This document shows positions 25,777 to 38,161 of a stretch of DNA of 64,000 bases, piece after piece; position 1 is the first letter of the stretch, and each line of letters starts with the position of its first letter. A model generated the notes under the pieces. That model was not told the origin of the DNA, did not search any database, and was given only the letters and a program-made list of their open reading frames with translations. Origin of the DNA: Antedon mediterranea (taxonomy: Eukaryota > Animalia > Echinodermata); the NCBI RefSeq assembly GCF_964355755.1, contig NC_092671.1, positions 6,882,001 through 6,946,000 of the forward strand, in the 5' to 3' direction. Both the position numbers and the translations under genes were made by a program.

Positions 25777-28700
25777 CATTTTTTTTTATTCATTTCAAAA
25801 AATACAACCATAATACCAGTAATTTGGCGTTCCATAAAAAATAACGTTTTTCTGGTGGCGGCTCAACTTGACGGCGGCTCAACTTGGCCTAATCCAAGGC
25901 TAGTAGTAGAGGCCCTAGGTAGGCCTAGTAGGCTAGGCTGGATAACTAGACTATAGCCGGCCTAGCTAGAGCCATAGTTAAGCCGGGTCCTAAATAAAAG
26001 TCTAGGGTCTACTACTACTACGCGGTTTACGGTTTTCAGTCGCATCTAGGTCTAGCTAGACCTAGCCTAATTTTATTTTGGTCGCGATAAAATCAACTTC
26101 CGGCATTTTGTATGGGGTGCTGGTCAACCCGTACGGGTCCTCCTGAATACCAAGACCGGTCAATCTAATTACCGAAAACAACGGAAAACAACCATAAATG
26201 ACCGAAAACAACTGAAAACAAACCGAAAACAAAATAAAAAAATCTAAATACCGAAAACAAATTTGTATAACATTTTTTTGTAAATGTCACCCTCTACTGA
26301 TGGGTGTTTCTAAAGCTAATAGACCATGCAGGAGAGAAGACCGCACGTGCAAAGCCAAGGAAGACCCTACGAAATTGTAGTGTGCACAAAACAACTAAAA
26401 ATCGTACAGACTTGATGATTACACCGTACATTTACTTATAAATAGAATCTATAAACGTGTTTAGTCTTTCGATTTAAAAAAAATTGGGTACAAGTTGGTA
26501 TGGTTACGGGTTGACCTGTATCCTTTTGTATGGCGGGCCACTAGGGCCTAGGCGGCATATCACTGTTTCGGCCACACACACAAGATTTCTATATCAGTAA
26601 TAACTTGGTATATACCAAACCATTGTGATTTTTACCATGCAGTTAATATGAAAATAATTTTCCCTTACCTTTTGGACAGCTGATCTAGCTTTTTCAACAT
26701 CACCCTTTTCTTTAAAACGTCTCATAATCATATCATCAAGTTCAGGAAACTACAAAAATAAATGGTCATTAATATTTAATCCAAGTAGAAGGAATATACC
26801 AAACATTTGTGCAGTTTTGTGTTTTCAATCACACATTTTTCAAGACAAAACATATTCTGACTGGATCTTGAACTTATTGTGCATGGGGTAGTTGTTGAGA
26901 TATGCTGTTTTGAATAGCAGGTCAAACCATCACTGAAACTTTTTACCATGTTAATGTGAAATCTCATAATAAAAATGTACAGTGTGGCTGTGTATCATTT
27001 ACCTTGTCAGCAGCAAACAGAACAGGTGCTGTTGCTAGGCCTAACTTTAAATCAGCTGTCGTTGGCTTCCCAAATGTCACACTGGAAGATTCAAAATCGA
27101 GGACGTCATCTATCAGCTGGAAAGCCATGCCTATATTACGTCCAAAGCTGTAGGCTACATCGCAAACTTCAGGAGGGTTATCCCCAAGAATAGCAGCCTA
27201 GAAATAATAATGATATTTTCATTTTTTTGTTAATGTTTTCCTTTTTCCCAATAGTAATTCCTCCATTGTATGTAGTAATTAAAATACATAGGTTTACTGC
27301 ATAGCATTGTTTATGTTATAAAACATAACAAGCAAAACATTTTTTTTCTAAATCAGACTACCTTTGTTGAGCATGCCCAATTTTAACAAATGATCTAATA
27401 TTTGTTTAAAAAAAACAAAAAGTTTCTGGTAGGATTTAAACCAAACTCAATCTAATACACGATCATAACAAATTTTATTCAAACATAATTTTACTGTAGG
27501 GCTGTATATAAATCATAAATAAACAAAGATTATTTATAGGAAAATGTTGAGAATAATACTCACTGCTTTGCAGCTGTTTGCTATTAAACTGGCCGTTTTC
27601 TTGTAAGTTTTTAAGAGGTAGTGATGAAAACGTTCATTCTTGTCTTCTTTAGAACCAAGTTGCATAAACTCACCTGCAAACAAAAATGCAGTGGAACCAG
27701 GGAGAAACATATTTGGAAACTTGCTATATTAAGCTAATTCAACTTTTTTAATGTAAGAAAAGAGGTGACTGAAAAATACTGTCTGTGAATAAGACTCATC
27801 TTACCTCGAACCAAGTCTTCAATGACTTGGCTTAGCACAACTATAACTTCTTCATTTCTAAGCCTAGCTAGTAGACCTGACGCTACCGATAGCACATAAT
27901 CCCCAGCCAAAATTGCTTTCTTCTCGCCCCAAATCTTACACACGGTAGGCTTGCTTCGTCTAGTAGGTGAGGCATCGATGACATCATCATGAATGAGACT
28001 GGCCGTGTGGATCATCTCAGTAATCATGGCTAGTCTGTATTGCGAGTCTAAAATTGTTTTCCTAAGATAAAATAATCATTTCAATATTATTCAATCAAGT
28101 ACAAAAACAATATAAATAAATGAGAAAGCTTATCTTTCAATATGCCCTCTATTGACATATACCATACAAGTTTTGAATAAGCCAATGAAAAGCTCTACAA
28201 ACAGTAGAACCAGGGAAGAAATTAGTGTGTAATTTCACTCTTCCCTGGTAGAACCCATCTTTTGTGACATCCGAATTCTATGGACACTTACTGAAGGTGT
28301 CCTTTACTAGTGGGTTCAAGTGTATTGTATCATTACCTATGACCCTGGTTACTCTGACTAGTATTGCATGCTTTTGACATGAGGATTACAAGCATAGGAC
28401 GAAAGGCCTTGCCCTCTCCATCAAAATGGTACCGTGATATTGTCCTCAATTCATCAACCGGGGTCTTCAATTCCTATAAAAAAGAAACAAAAGTAACATT
28501 TGTTTATTAACATTTTATGATTAAAGTCAACTCTCCCAATACCGGACTCGTTGAAAACCAGAAACTCTCCCAATACCAGACTTTTCTTGAAGTTCAAACA
28601 TAACAGTCCCAAATTCATTTTTACCATTAACAACACATTCAGAAAACCAAACTTTCCAGAAAATCAGACATATTTGGCCAGCCCAAAGGTGTCTGGTATT

Positions 28701-30359
28701 GGGAGAGTTGACTGTATTTAATAATAAAACAAATATCCAATAAAGAACAGTACATAAAAAAACATACTTATTTTTATCATTGATTTAATGTGCCAAGTGA
28801 CAACAGCTAAACATTATTTCCACATTGTATAATGGTCAGTACAGCAATATGTGACAACAATACACAGAAATTAATTGAAAACATATGGAGTAGGTAATTA
28901 ACAATGTATTGTTTATTTCAAACCTTTTGTATATGTGAACATAGCAGTGATAGGTCTTCTTTTGACAGTACATCTATTGTTTCATTAACTGATGGAGAGT
29001 TAATACTGGTACAATATCCTCTAGAAACACAAATTTAAAAGCAAAATGTATACAATAATACATAATTTTATTAACAGTTTACTTTCAGTTATAATGAAAA
29101 TAATAATAAAATTAATGTGTTAACTTTATCTGTAAATAATATATATTAATTAATGTATAACTAATTATATTATTAATGTTCAATTTCAATTAAATTCAAT
29201 TTTAACACTACACAATTTTTCAATTTGTTTATATCTTATGTATTTTTATTGTTTTACTTTTACATGTTTGATGTACAGTATGGAGAGCCAACCAATCAAT
29301 AGTGCTTAGCACTCATGTTGTCGTTGTCTTGTATTATATGTTGATTTTTGTGCTTGAATCATGGAGCTAATAATTTTATAGCTCCATGCTTGAATATTGA
29401 ATAAAATAAAAATAGTGTTATGATTGTAATGACCCTAATAAAAATATTTTGTGTATATAGATCAATTTTTTTGGTGCTACACTACTAGTACTAATGAAAA
29501 AAAAAAAAATTCCAGATTGATCACATAAGAAACAATGATTTTTATTTAAAATAATATATTTAATATTTGAGAAAGAGGCTTAATAATATCATATGATAAT
29601 ATTAATAATGCTGGAAACCCCACACATAATCTTTAAAGTAAAATAAAAATTAGTTTACCTCAATTTTGTTCTTAGATTTCCTGAGTTTATTTGAGGTGTA
29701 GTATTTGAGGTTGAATGATTACATTTTGATAGAAATGGTTGTTGTTTCTGTTGAGAGAAATAAGATACCGTGAGTTTGAGTTTTAGTAGTATTTAAAAAT
29801 AATGGACGTTGGACCACTTTCAATCTAGTATAAGTTCAAAGTTTGTCCTCCAGTCTTACTCTTATCTTATTCTTAGTCTTACAAACATTATTAATATTAG
29901 GCTAGGCTAGGGCCGTATGTTTAGACTAATTTGATCATTCTTTCATATAAACCTACTTTAAAAAATTGATATCATGCAAGTGTAGGCCAATTCTTATTTT
30001 TATTATTTTGATATCTAGCCTATCTGTCAGTCGCTAGTTGTTCTGCAATTGTTTAAAATAAGTCCTAGGCCCGGACTAACTATTTACATATTTTATGTTC
30101 GCCTGAGAAACTCCCTTTCATGGGCGACAAAAATACCGGGTTGGAATAAGAAGAGAGCCTAACAATATTTAATTACCATATATAAAGTGTTACTTACCAG
30201 CTTATAACATGGTGTGCACTGCCGCAAACAATAAGAACAATGCGTGTTTACTAAATATTTAGGTACATTTGACTGTACTTTCGGAACTAATAAAACTGTC
30301 ATCAAATTACGAAAACCTCGTACTCTATTAGTTTTCCGTAACCACATGGAAGTCGCCAT
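25513..30359 (-). CDS. PDSS1: Decaprenyl-diphosphate synthase subunit 1 (ubiquinone side-chain synthesis)
   Basis: Exons 30359-30198 (basic transit-peptide-like MATSMWLRKTNRVRGFR), 29747-29659, 29020-28924, 28473-28337 (FDGEGKAFRP), 28061-27805 (FARM LIHDDVID), 27673-27564 (KTYKKTASL), 27197-27003 (SARM FQLIDDVLD), 26749-26669 and 25653-25513. Confidence 0.93.
25742..26594 (-). mobile_element. Poly(A)-tailed insertion in the last PDSS1 intron
   Basis: ~35-nt poly(T) on +, preceded on - by AATAAA; flanked by CAGTAATAACTT (25732-25743 and 26595-26606). Confidence 0.55.
26115..26523. mobile_element. Mutator-like MITE with 9-bp TSD
   Basis: TSD TTTTGTATG (26106-26114 and 26524-26532), TIR core GGTCAACCCGTA/TACGGGTTGACC, internal ACCGAAAACAA repeats. 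Confidence 0.7.
28211..28247. mobile_element. Micro-hairpin with 7-bp TSD (putative P/Galileo footprint)
   Basis: GTAGAAC-CAGGGAAGA...TCTTCCCTG-GTAGAAC; interrupts the left TIR of a CAGTAGAACCC...GGGTTCAAGTG pogo-like MITE. Confidence 0.75.
28524..28713. mobile_element. Tc1/mariner-pogo-like MITE
   Basis: TIRs AGTCAACTCTCCCAATACC / GGTATTGGGAGAGTTGACTG-TA. Confidence 0.75.
29360..29388. mobile_element. Micro-hairpin with 7-bp TSD (putative P/Galileo footprint)
   Basis: CTTGAAT-CATGGAGCTA...TAGCTCCATG-CTTGAAT. Confidence 0.75.
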
Positions 30360-30730
30360 TTTGAAGGAATTAGAAGAGATATTGCCAGAACAAATAAACA
30401 TGGGCAAACCACAAAATGAGTTAATTTTCACAAATTTATTATAACATATCTAAATTGTTTACGTTTATGTCAAAATTAATATTACTACCTACTGTATGTA
30501 TACATTTCATGGTTAAATTATACTTATACTTGTATATTATGTAATAATTCGAATAATTTCATTATATTTGTTACTAAACTTGAACATTTCCTGGCAAAAG
30601 TTGTTGTTATCGACTCACGACGACAGTTTCAGAAATTTATTTGGTCACACTGTGATTTACGGATCGAAGGAAGACAACATTTATATTACAGTTTGTTTCT
30701 AAAATCTGCTGAATTATTAATTTGAAAAAA
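30360..30730. promoter_or_regulatory. Putative bidirectional promoter shared by PDSS1 and ANKMY2
   Basis: Divergent start codons (AAAATGGCG at 30359, AAAATGGCT at 30731) only ~370 bp apart. Confidence 0.6.
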
Positions 30731-33700
30731 ATGGCTGCACCTAAAGCTGGAGAACTATCTGAACATGAAAAACTTATTTTTAAGAATATCGAAACAGGTA
30801 AGTTTCAGCATTTTATCCGACAATAAGATGGATGTCATCATAAAATTGATTGAGAAGGCTGTGTGAGGTGAGTGCGTGTAGTGAGTTTTGTTGTGGAGGA
30901 GCACTAAAAAAGATTGCTGTTGGAATAACATCCTATAGGCCCACACATGGAAACGCATGTTTTGTGGTGTTACTAACAAATATGTAAACAAAGAAATCCG
31001 TGATGTTTTTGTTATTCTTCAGGTAATGTGAATATGGTTCGTACCTTGCTGTCTGAGTCTGATGTACGTATTGACTGTCTTGATGAGGTAAAGTAAAGTT
31101 CCTTTAATTTTTATACATTTGATTTTGTTTAAACAATTATTGTTTCAATGATTTCTACGTCAATAATGGAAATGTTTGCATAATTATGTAATTAATATTT
31201 TACATTATCCCATTACCTGAACATTTTAACTTGTATTATTTTTTTTCTGCATTGCTCTGTCAATGAATAAATGCTTTTTATGATTGTTGAAGTAAAGTAA
31301 TAATCTTTTTTTTTCTAGCATGGTATGACGCCTCTGCAACATAGCGCTTTTAAGGGCAACACTGAGCTGCTACAATTGCTCTTAGCCCACGGTGCCGATG
31401 TCAACAATAACAGACACGAAAATGCCTACACTGCACTTATGTTTGCTGCCATCTCAGGTTCGTTGGAAATAGATTTAATGCGAATATTCCCTGGTTTTAA
31501 AATACATCATACTTTATTCAATCAATTTGATTTATTGATTGAAACGGGAATCTATATTTATAAACTTACCTTTCTCATTTTAAATTTGGTGAATATAAAC
31601 AGGGAGGTAAATTCTGAGTAACCCAATAGACATTTCTTTCTTTTACTACGTTCAGTTCACAGTGTAGCAGCTTAATATAAAGCATAAAAGAAAAAATATG
31701 ACGAAAAATTATGAATTATTTATCACCATGATACTTAAAATAAATGTTGTTTCATGTGAATTGTTTTAGGCCACCAAGGTATTACGAAGTTATTGTTAGA
31801 ATCAGGAGCAAAGACCACATTAGTGAACTCTGTAGGCCGAACAGCCGCCCAGATGGCTGCCTTTGTTGGCCAGCATTCTTGTGTCAGTATCATCAACAAT
31901 TTCTTTTCACGAGAAAAACTTGAGTATTACACAAAAATTCATGGTAAGTTTTAAAAACGAAATGAAAATCTAGGTATTTTAAGTCACACAGGTTGTTTAT
32001 GGATCATGAAATAAAATAAATTTGCTGTTTTTTTATATAGGATTTGAAAAAGAGCCGAAACTACCCCCTCACTTGAGTGGATGTGTTTACAATCTTGTCC
32101 TCATCAACAATCTGAATCCAGTCAAGGTTAGTATCATATTTGATTTGACAAAAAGAGTCCACTATCTTAAAAAATCATTCTTATTTATTGCTTTTTAAAG
32201 CTCTGTCTACACTATCAAACTTTCAACAAAAACTCATATATGGACATGATGATGTCTTATCACTACTATATTTGGGCATATCACTACCATATTTGGGCAC
32301 ATCACACCCATATTTGGGCACATCACACTTTTTTGTCAAACTAGTTTGATAGTGTACACAGAGCTTTAGTCATGCTTTTGCAATTGATTTTATTGAATCG
32401 TGACATAAATTTATTATTCATTTTTGCATGTTATAATTATCTCATAAAATATACAAAGCTCTTTCTGAGGAACGCGTTGCTGATATTCGTTAGTTAATTA
32501 GTAAAAGTGGTTGCTAATGCAATAGAATTTAAAGAATTTAGATGTAGATTTTTATTATCATGACAGATTGGACAACCTTCCGATTATGTAATCCAGTTGT
32601 GTTAACCAATCATTGTAAGGCTACTAAAATTAATCAAAATTTGGTTTTGTCATTTCTGTAGTTTAATTATGTCTATTCATTACATTAGCATTCCTCGTTG
32701 TCAACAAATATGTTCGTTACCAAGGGAATCTTATGGTTGCTATGAGTAACGATACTGCCACATCTTTTAATCTTAGAATAAGTATTAGGGTGTATTAAAC
32801 TTAATAATATTCCTGTATGCTCTATACTCAGGTTTATGATAATGTTTAAGATGAATGTGCATCATCTTAAGGTCTGTCTACACTATCAAACTTTATGTGA
32901 CGAAAAAATGTGATGTGCCCATATTGTAATATAGTGACTTGTGATGAAGTACTGACTTGTAATGAAGACTCTTACTCGCTTAACTGTCGTAACACATATA
33001 TTGTTTATTCAGTATATGACTTCATCATTATGGACATGATGAAGTCATATCACTACCATATTTGGGCATATCACTATCATATTTGGCCATATCACACTTT
33101 TTTTTTTTCAAACTAGTTTGATAGTGTAGACAGAGCTTTAGATTTATCATCTCTGTTATTACAGTACAGTATGTCCCAAATCTCCTGCAGTATGGAAATC
33201 TCCAATCTCCCCCAACAAAATGACTTCTCATCTGAAGTTTCATCAGTGAAATTCCAATAAAAACAAATATGAAAAAATTCAAATACAGCTCACAATTTCT
33301 AAACAGAATTTTATTTCAAATTATAAGTGATCTTATTATATTAGGAATAGGAAGCAAAATAATTGGCGTAATATAAATGAAAACAGTAATTTCTCAGTTA
33401 AACAAAATCTACCATAATAGTTCTAGTAGTAAGTAATGATGTAGTAGCAAATCAAGCATTTCAGTCAATTTGAAGTCATAACATTATTCTGTACAATGCA
33501 TTATATACAATTATTATTCTTCAGCAATAAACATCAGTACAGAGTTTTTCCTTTGGACTTCTTCAAATTTCCAACTAAGTGTCCTGCTCACCGTAAATGA
33601 CCAAATCATCACTTTCATATTGATTAAATTTCTATCTAAAAATTCTAAAAGGCAATACTAAAAATAAACATAAACATTTTTTTTTCTCGCACAGATTTGT

Positions 33701-36472
33701 CTGTTTGCATCTAAACATGAAGAGTTATTGAATAACGCAATACGTATTGCAAAAGTTCTAGACTGCATTTGTGAACAGCAAATGAAACAAAAGGAAACAA
33801 ACGAGGTATTAGCAATAAAAATGCATTACTTTGCTAGCATCCTACGTACATGCCACAAGTACTTAGTTGAAAGAGGCGAAACTGTCCATCATTTGATCAA
33901 ATAGTAAGTTGTTATGTTAAGCTCTGTCTACACTATCAAAGTTTATGTGACAAAAAAAATGTGATGTGCCCTTATATGGACTTGATGATGTCATATCACT
34001 ACCATATTTGAGCATATCACTACCATATTTGGGCACATCACTTTTGTCAAAATAGTTTGATAGTGTAGACAGCTTCATTCTACAGTATGTTCACTATGAT
34101 ACTTCTTTTACATAAACACCTTGGATAAACTTCATATTTTTTTCAAGGGGTCACTGTCTTTTCTATTCTCTGTTAGATAAAATATTTGATGTTGTAATTT
34201 GTTGAATTATATATATACATATACTATGACGTTATCCAAATTCCTTCACTTGCACTGATGAAGGGCTAGTGTTGCCCGAAAGCTCTGCTAACTTTTCTGG
34301 CTGTTTACTTTATCGTTTTGATTTAGCTTTTCGCTTTTTATTTTTGTATCTCCATTGAGATCCAGCCACTGATACCCACAGCATTGTCATTTTTTTCAGT
34401 AATTTGCCTTTGGATTTATATATATATATATATTTACAAAGAAGGAAAAGGACTACGTTTAAATGACCTACGAAAGTGGGAAAAACTTTCTCCCAAATTG
34501 CAAAAGTTTCAGATTTTATTAAGATAATTGAAAAAAAGACAAGTATATAGAGTCCGCAGTGTTGGCGTCATGACGCGTTGTGATGGTAGGTGGCGCTGCG
34601 TGGTTGCTAGCCAACCAAAAAGTTAGAAAATTAGAAAAACAGTTAAAGACAGTTAAAAGAAATAAAGCTAAGATACATAATTTGATAGAAATACAGATCT
34701 ATATAGTTTATCAACATAGTAGCGTTGAACGCATTTTTTGGTTGGCTAGCAACCACGCAGCGCCCTCTATCATTGTGACGTCACACCACAGAACTCTATT
34801 GTACAGTTCAACATTTCTTGAAATTCTCATTTCAATATTTGTTTAAAGCTTGTTACAGGGAAGAGAAGCTGATGGTGCCCAACTAGGTATGGACAGATAC
34901 CTGCGATTAACAATTAGAGACTTTCCCTACCATGAAGCAACTCTGTTTCAACAGCTGGTTCGGAGTCTAGCTGATCAAAGTGTAAGTTATGTTACTCATC
35001 AGTATAGACAGCCTAAATCTTTTCTAATTTCTTGTTATTTGTACATTGGACCAACAATCTTACATCCCATCTGAATGAAGAGGGCATACAATAATGTATC
35101 TTGCCTAAAGGATACAATAAATGTGACAGACAGGCTTAAACCCATGCCTCTTGCAATCCAATCCAATCCAATCTCTTACCATTATGCCGTATCATTCCCT
35201 GAAAGAAAATTATATACAGCACTCGATATTCCCAGGCAATCTCCAATCCAAGTACTCGTCGTAAGATAGCCAACCTGTTCTGGTACAGTAGATAGTAGTT
35301 TTATTAGCCTAAAATATTAGCTAAAACAGCTATATTGTATTAAGAATTGTTTTTAACCATTCAGAATGAGCCTGCAGCTCTTGCCTGTCTAACACAAGTT
35401 ATAAATGGTCTACACATGGCAACAGATGAAAAGATTTGCTCAACATGTGGAGATGCAGGAGCCCAGAAGAAATGTTCTGCCTGTAAAATGGTAAATTTAT
35501 AAGATGATTACAGTATACTAATGTACCTCACTTAAGATGCTGAAATGATATTAAATCCAGGAGGAGAAAAAAACACATTGCCTTTAATAAAACATTTGTG
35601 CGATGATAATATTTCATTAAATTTTTTTAATTAAAAATTAATTTATTTAATAATTTATTTACTTATTTCAGTGCAATTATTGTGACCAGGCCTGTCAAAA
35701 ACTTCATTGGTTCACTCACAAAAAAGTCTGCAAACATTTAGTAGAGGCAGAAAAGAAAAGAGCAATTGATGAAGAAAATAGGAAAAAAATGGCAGTAGAT
35801 AAAAAAGAACATGATGATCAAGCTAAAGATGGAAAAAAGGAAGGAGGGTATGAAGTAGAAGTGAGCAAGGAAGGCCAAGAAAGTAAAGAAGTTGAGGCAA
35901 AGAAGGGCCTTGAAGGTATGGTTTAGATAATTACTTTGATACTGTCAAAATGATTCTACTGCAATTTACTACATTTTATTTACAATTACCAAACTTAAAT
36001 GTTTAGGCTCTGTCCAGCACACTTTTGCTCCAAATTAAAGCTCTGAGAATTCATTTTCTTAAATTCTCATTTTTTAACTTGGTCACGGTTCACTGCATAA
36101 ACATAAAATCTGGCCCAGGGCCAGCCTAACTTTATGAAGTGTTTACACTTATCAATTGCCAACTTAAGGGTAGTCCTGGGCCGGCCCATATCATGAGTGT
36201 AAATTGAGTCTAGGATGCCCAAAATGTAATAATCCAAAACCACTTTAAATATTTTCTTGCTTTCCCATTTTACAGCATCTGAAGCTGCCACTGCAGACAA
36301 GATTCCAAAAGAGATAGAAGCAAATGGAGATCATCATTCAAAGGTCAAAGGTGATATGAAAGGGTTGTCAATAGATGACATAAAATTGAGCGAGGATATA
36401 AAGAAAATGATGATGAACAATGCTGGAAAGAAGATACCCATGGGATGTCCGTTTTCAGGGATGGGAAAATAG
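30731..36472 (+). CDS. ANKMY2: Ankyrin repeat and MYND domain-containing protein 2
   Basis: Exons approximately 30731-30797, 31023-31087, 31319-31457, 31770-31943, 32041-32126, 33694-33903, 34849-34981, 35364-35490, 35672-35915 and 36275-36472. Ankyrin repeats ([38 protein letters not shown]) and MYND finger [14 protein letters not shown]...[13 protein letters not shown]. Confidence 0.92.
32199..32365. mobile_element. MITE family A copy
   Basis: Both TIRs; expanded ATCACTACCATATTTGGGC subrepeats. Confidence 0.85.
32870..33137. mobile_element. MITE family A copy with internal insertion
   Basis: Both TIRs; ~105 bp of unrelated sequence at ~32925-33028. Confidence 0.75.
33920..34074. mobile_element. 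MITE family A copy
   Basis: Both TIRs; starts ~16 bp after an ANKMY2 splice donor. Confidence 0.85.
34221..34416 (+). mobile_element. Short non-coding retroelement (Penelope-like or retrozyme-type) carrying a hammerhead ribozyme
   Basis: Flanked by (TA)n runs; near-identical inverted copy at 51255-51450. Confidence 0.75.
34250..34291 (+). ncRNA. Minimal type I hammerhead ribozyme
   Basis: TTGCA-CTGATGA-A-GGGC(TAGTGTT)GCCC-GAAA-G-CTC^TGCTAA: core boxes, 4-bp stem II, stem I GCA/TGC, loopless palindromic stem III (AGCT). Confidence 0.75.
34546..34799. mobile_element. Long-arm palindromic MITE
   Basis: ATAGAGT...GGCGCTGCGTGGTTGCTAGCCAACC / GGTTGGCTAGCAACCACGCAGCGCC...ACTCTAT; inverted arms of ~70 bp. 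Confidence 0.8.
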
Positions 36473-38161
36473 GATATGAAATATTGGAAACATGGTTATA
36501 TATATTTACTAATACATATGCTTTGCTCACTATCTATGTAGTCAATGATGCGTGACGCAACTCTAAACACTAAACCCTCCTCTGCAGATTATGATTGGTG
36601 CAATTCTGTTTGAGTAAACTACTATACAGTGTTTTCAAAAGGTATACTATTATGTAGTGCAGTTGAGCATCCACCAACCTTGTGTCAACATTGGAGGTCT
36701 GCCACTGGGACTATTGTACAAAATCTTTATTTCAACATTTGTTATGTTGTACTGTTTGTGATTTTTGTTTTAATTGAGAGATTGAAGCTTATTCTCGATA
36801 AGCTCTTTGCCATATCTCTCCAGGATTCACCTGTGTGTATAAATGTGTGTTGATGATGTGTTGTTTCAATTGTAATATTTAAGTGTAAAATGTAGTTCTG
36901 CTAGATATCGTAAGTCTTCACAGTTATAACATAACATAACATACATGCAAATGAGCATCTGGATGCTTGCATAATTTGTTAACATCATAAGGGCACACAT
37001 TTGAAAGAGGACATTTTCATAGAAATGAGTTTGAGATGGAATATCAAATTATTTAGAATATATTTCCATGTATATTATTTACATTGAAGAAGTGTAATGT
37101 TCATGTTTTAAAATAAACCAAAGCACCCATCCCAGAGTTCCCCTGTTACGTTGAAAGGAGAGAACATACATAGAAAGAGGTGCTCGTTCATGCAAATCTA
37201 TTAACATGAATGAATATAGAATTGTACAGATATGCTGTTGGTAAATTCCTTGTTTAGAATTAATTGTTTGATGTTGTAATGATTTAAAGTTAAAAAAATA
37301 TATTATGGTGCAGTGTTGTAGGGTGGATATGATCTGTGTACACATTTATACACTTCACCTGCCTTGCTTATTCAGATATTTTATAAACCAATTTTAAGAA
37401 AATTATGTATACAGACATCACAAAGCATTTAGAGTTTCTGTCTTGAGAATCTCAAGTAAGCCTAGAACTCTACTATATAAAGAAATAGATATTTTAAACG
37501 CACAGACGCTAACCATAAAATGGTATTCAGTTTTATAAATATAATTATTTACAAGAAACATTTATATCTTGCTGCTATTTATTTTTTTAAGTACGTACTT
37601 AATTATTACCAAGATTTCGTTTTGACATGATTAGGGGAAAGAGGTGTTAATTTTATGCAAAGATTACTCTGTGTATGTTATAAGCCCAGTATACACTGTT
37701 CCATTCATATCAGGACTTTCATCTCTCCTTATTGCAATAGATTTGGATGGATTGACACATTTAATTAATTCATCGTTTGTTTCAAAATCTTTTAGTGTCT
37801 TTTTTCATTGGGTTTTCTCTCATGAAATTGTAGGCTATTGTTGATTTAGTTCCATGAAAATTGTTGTAATTAAACTGAATTTGTATGCTGACAAAATGAT
37901 AATGTATGAATTAAAAATGAATACAAAGCATATTTCTTTTACACAGTATAAGATTTTTTTTGGGGAATTTAATGATTCTTCTAAATCGGATAGATATAGA
38001 GGGGGTAATTTATAAATTACGTCATACCTTAAAAACAACAACACAGAGAGAGAGGCTGACTTTATATCCCGTGTTCGCGAGTCAGCAAAATAAAATATTC
38101 TTTTAAACAACCTATAACTGATCATTTTTCCAATTAATTTAAAAAAATTACAGTATACAAG

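Noticed and set aside
29659-29888. ATG at 29888 as the PDSS1 start
   Set aside because: It hits an in-frame stop after 8 codons; an acceptor at 29748 and the upstream exon 30359-30198 give a consistent model.
33215-33250. Other CTGATGA matches (minus strand near 33245, 60232 and 2685)
   Set aside because: No correctly placed GAAA after a stem II, so they are not hammerheads.
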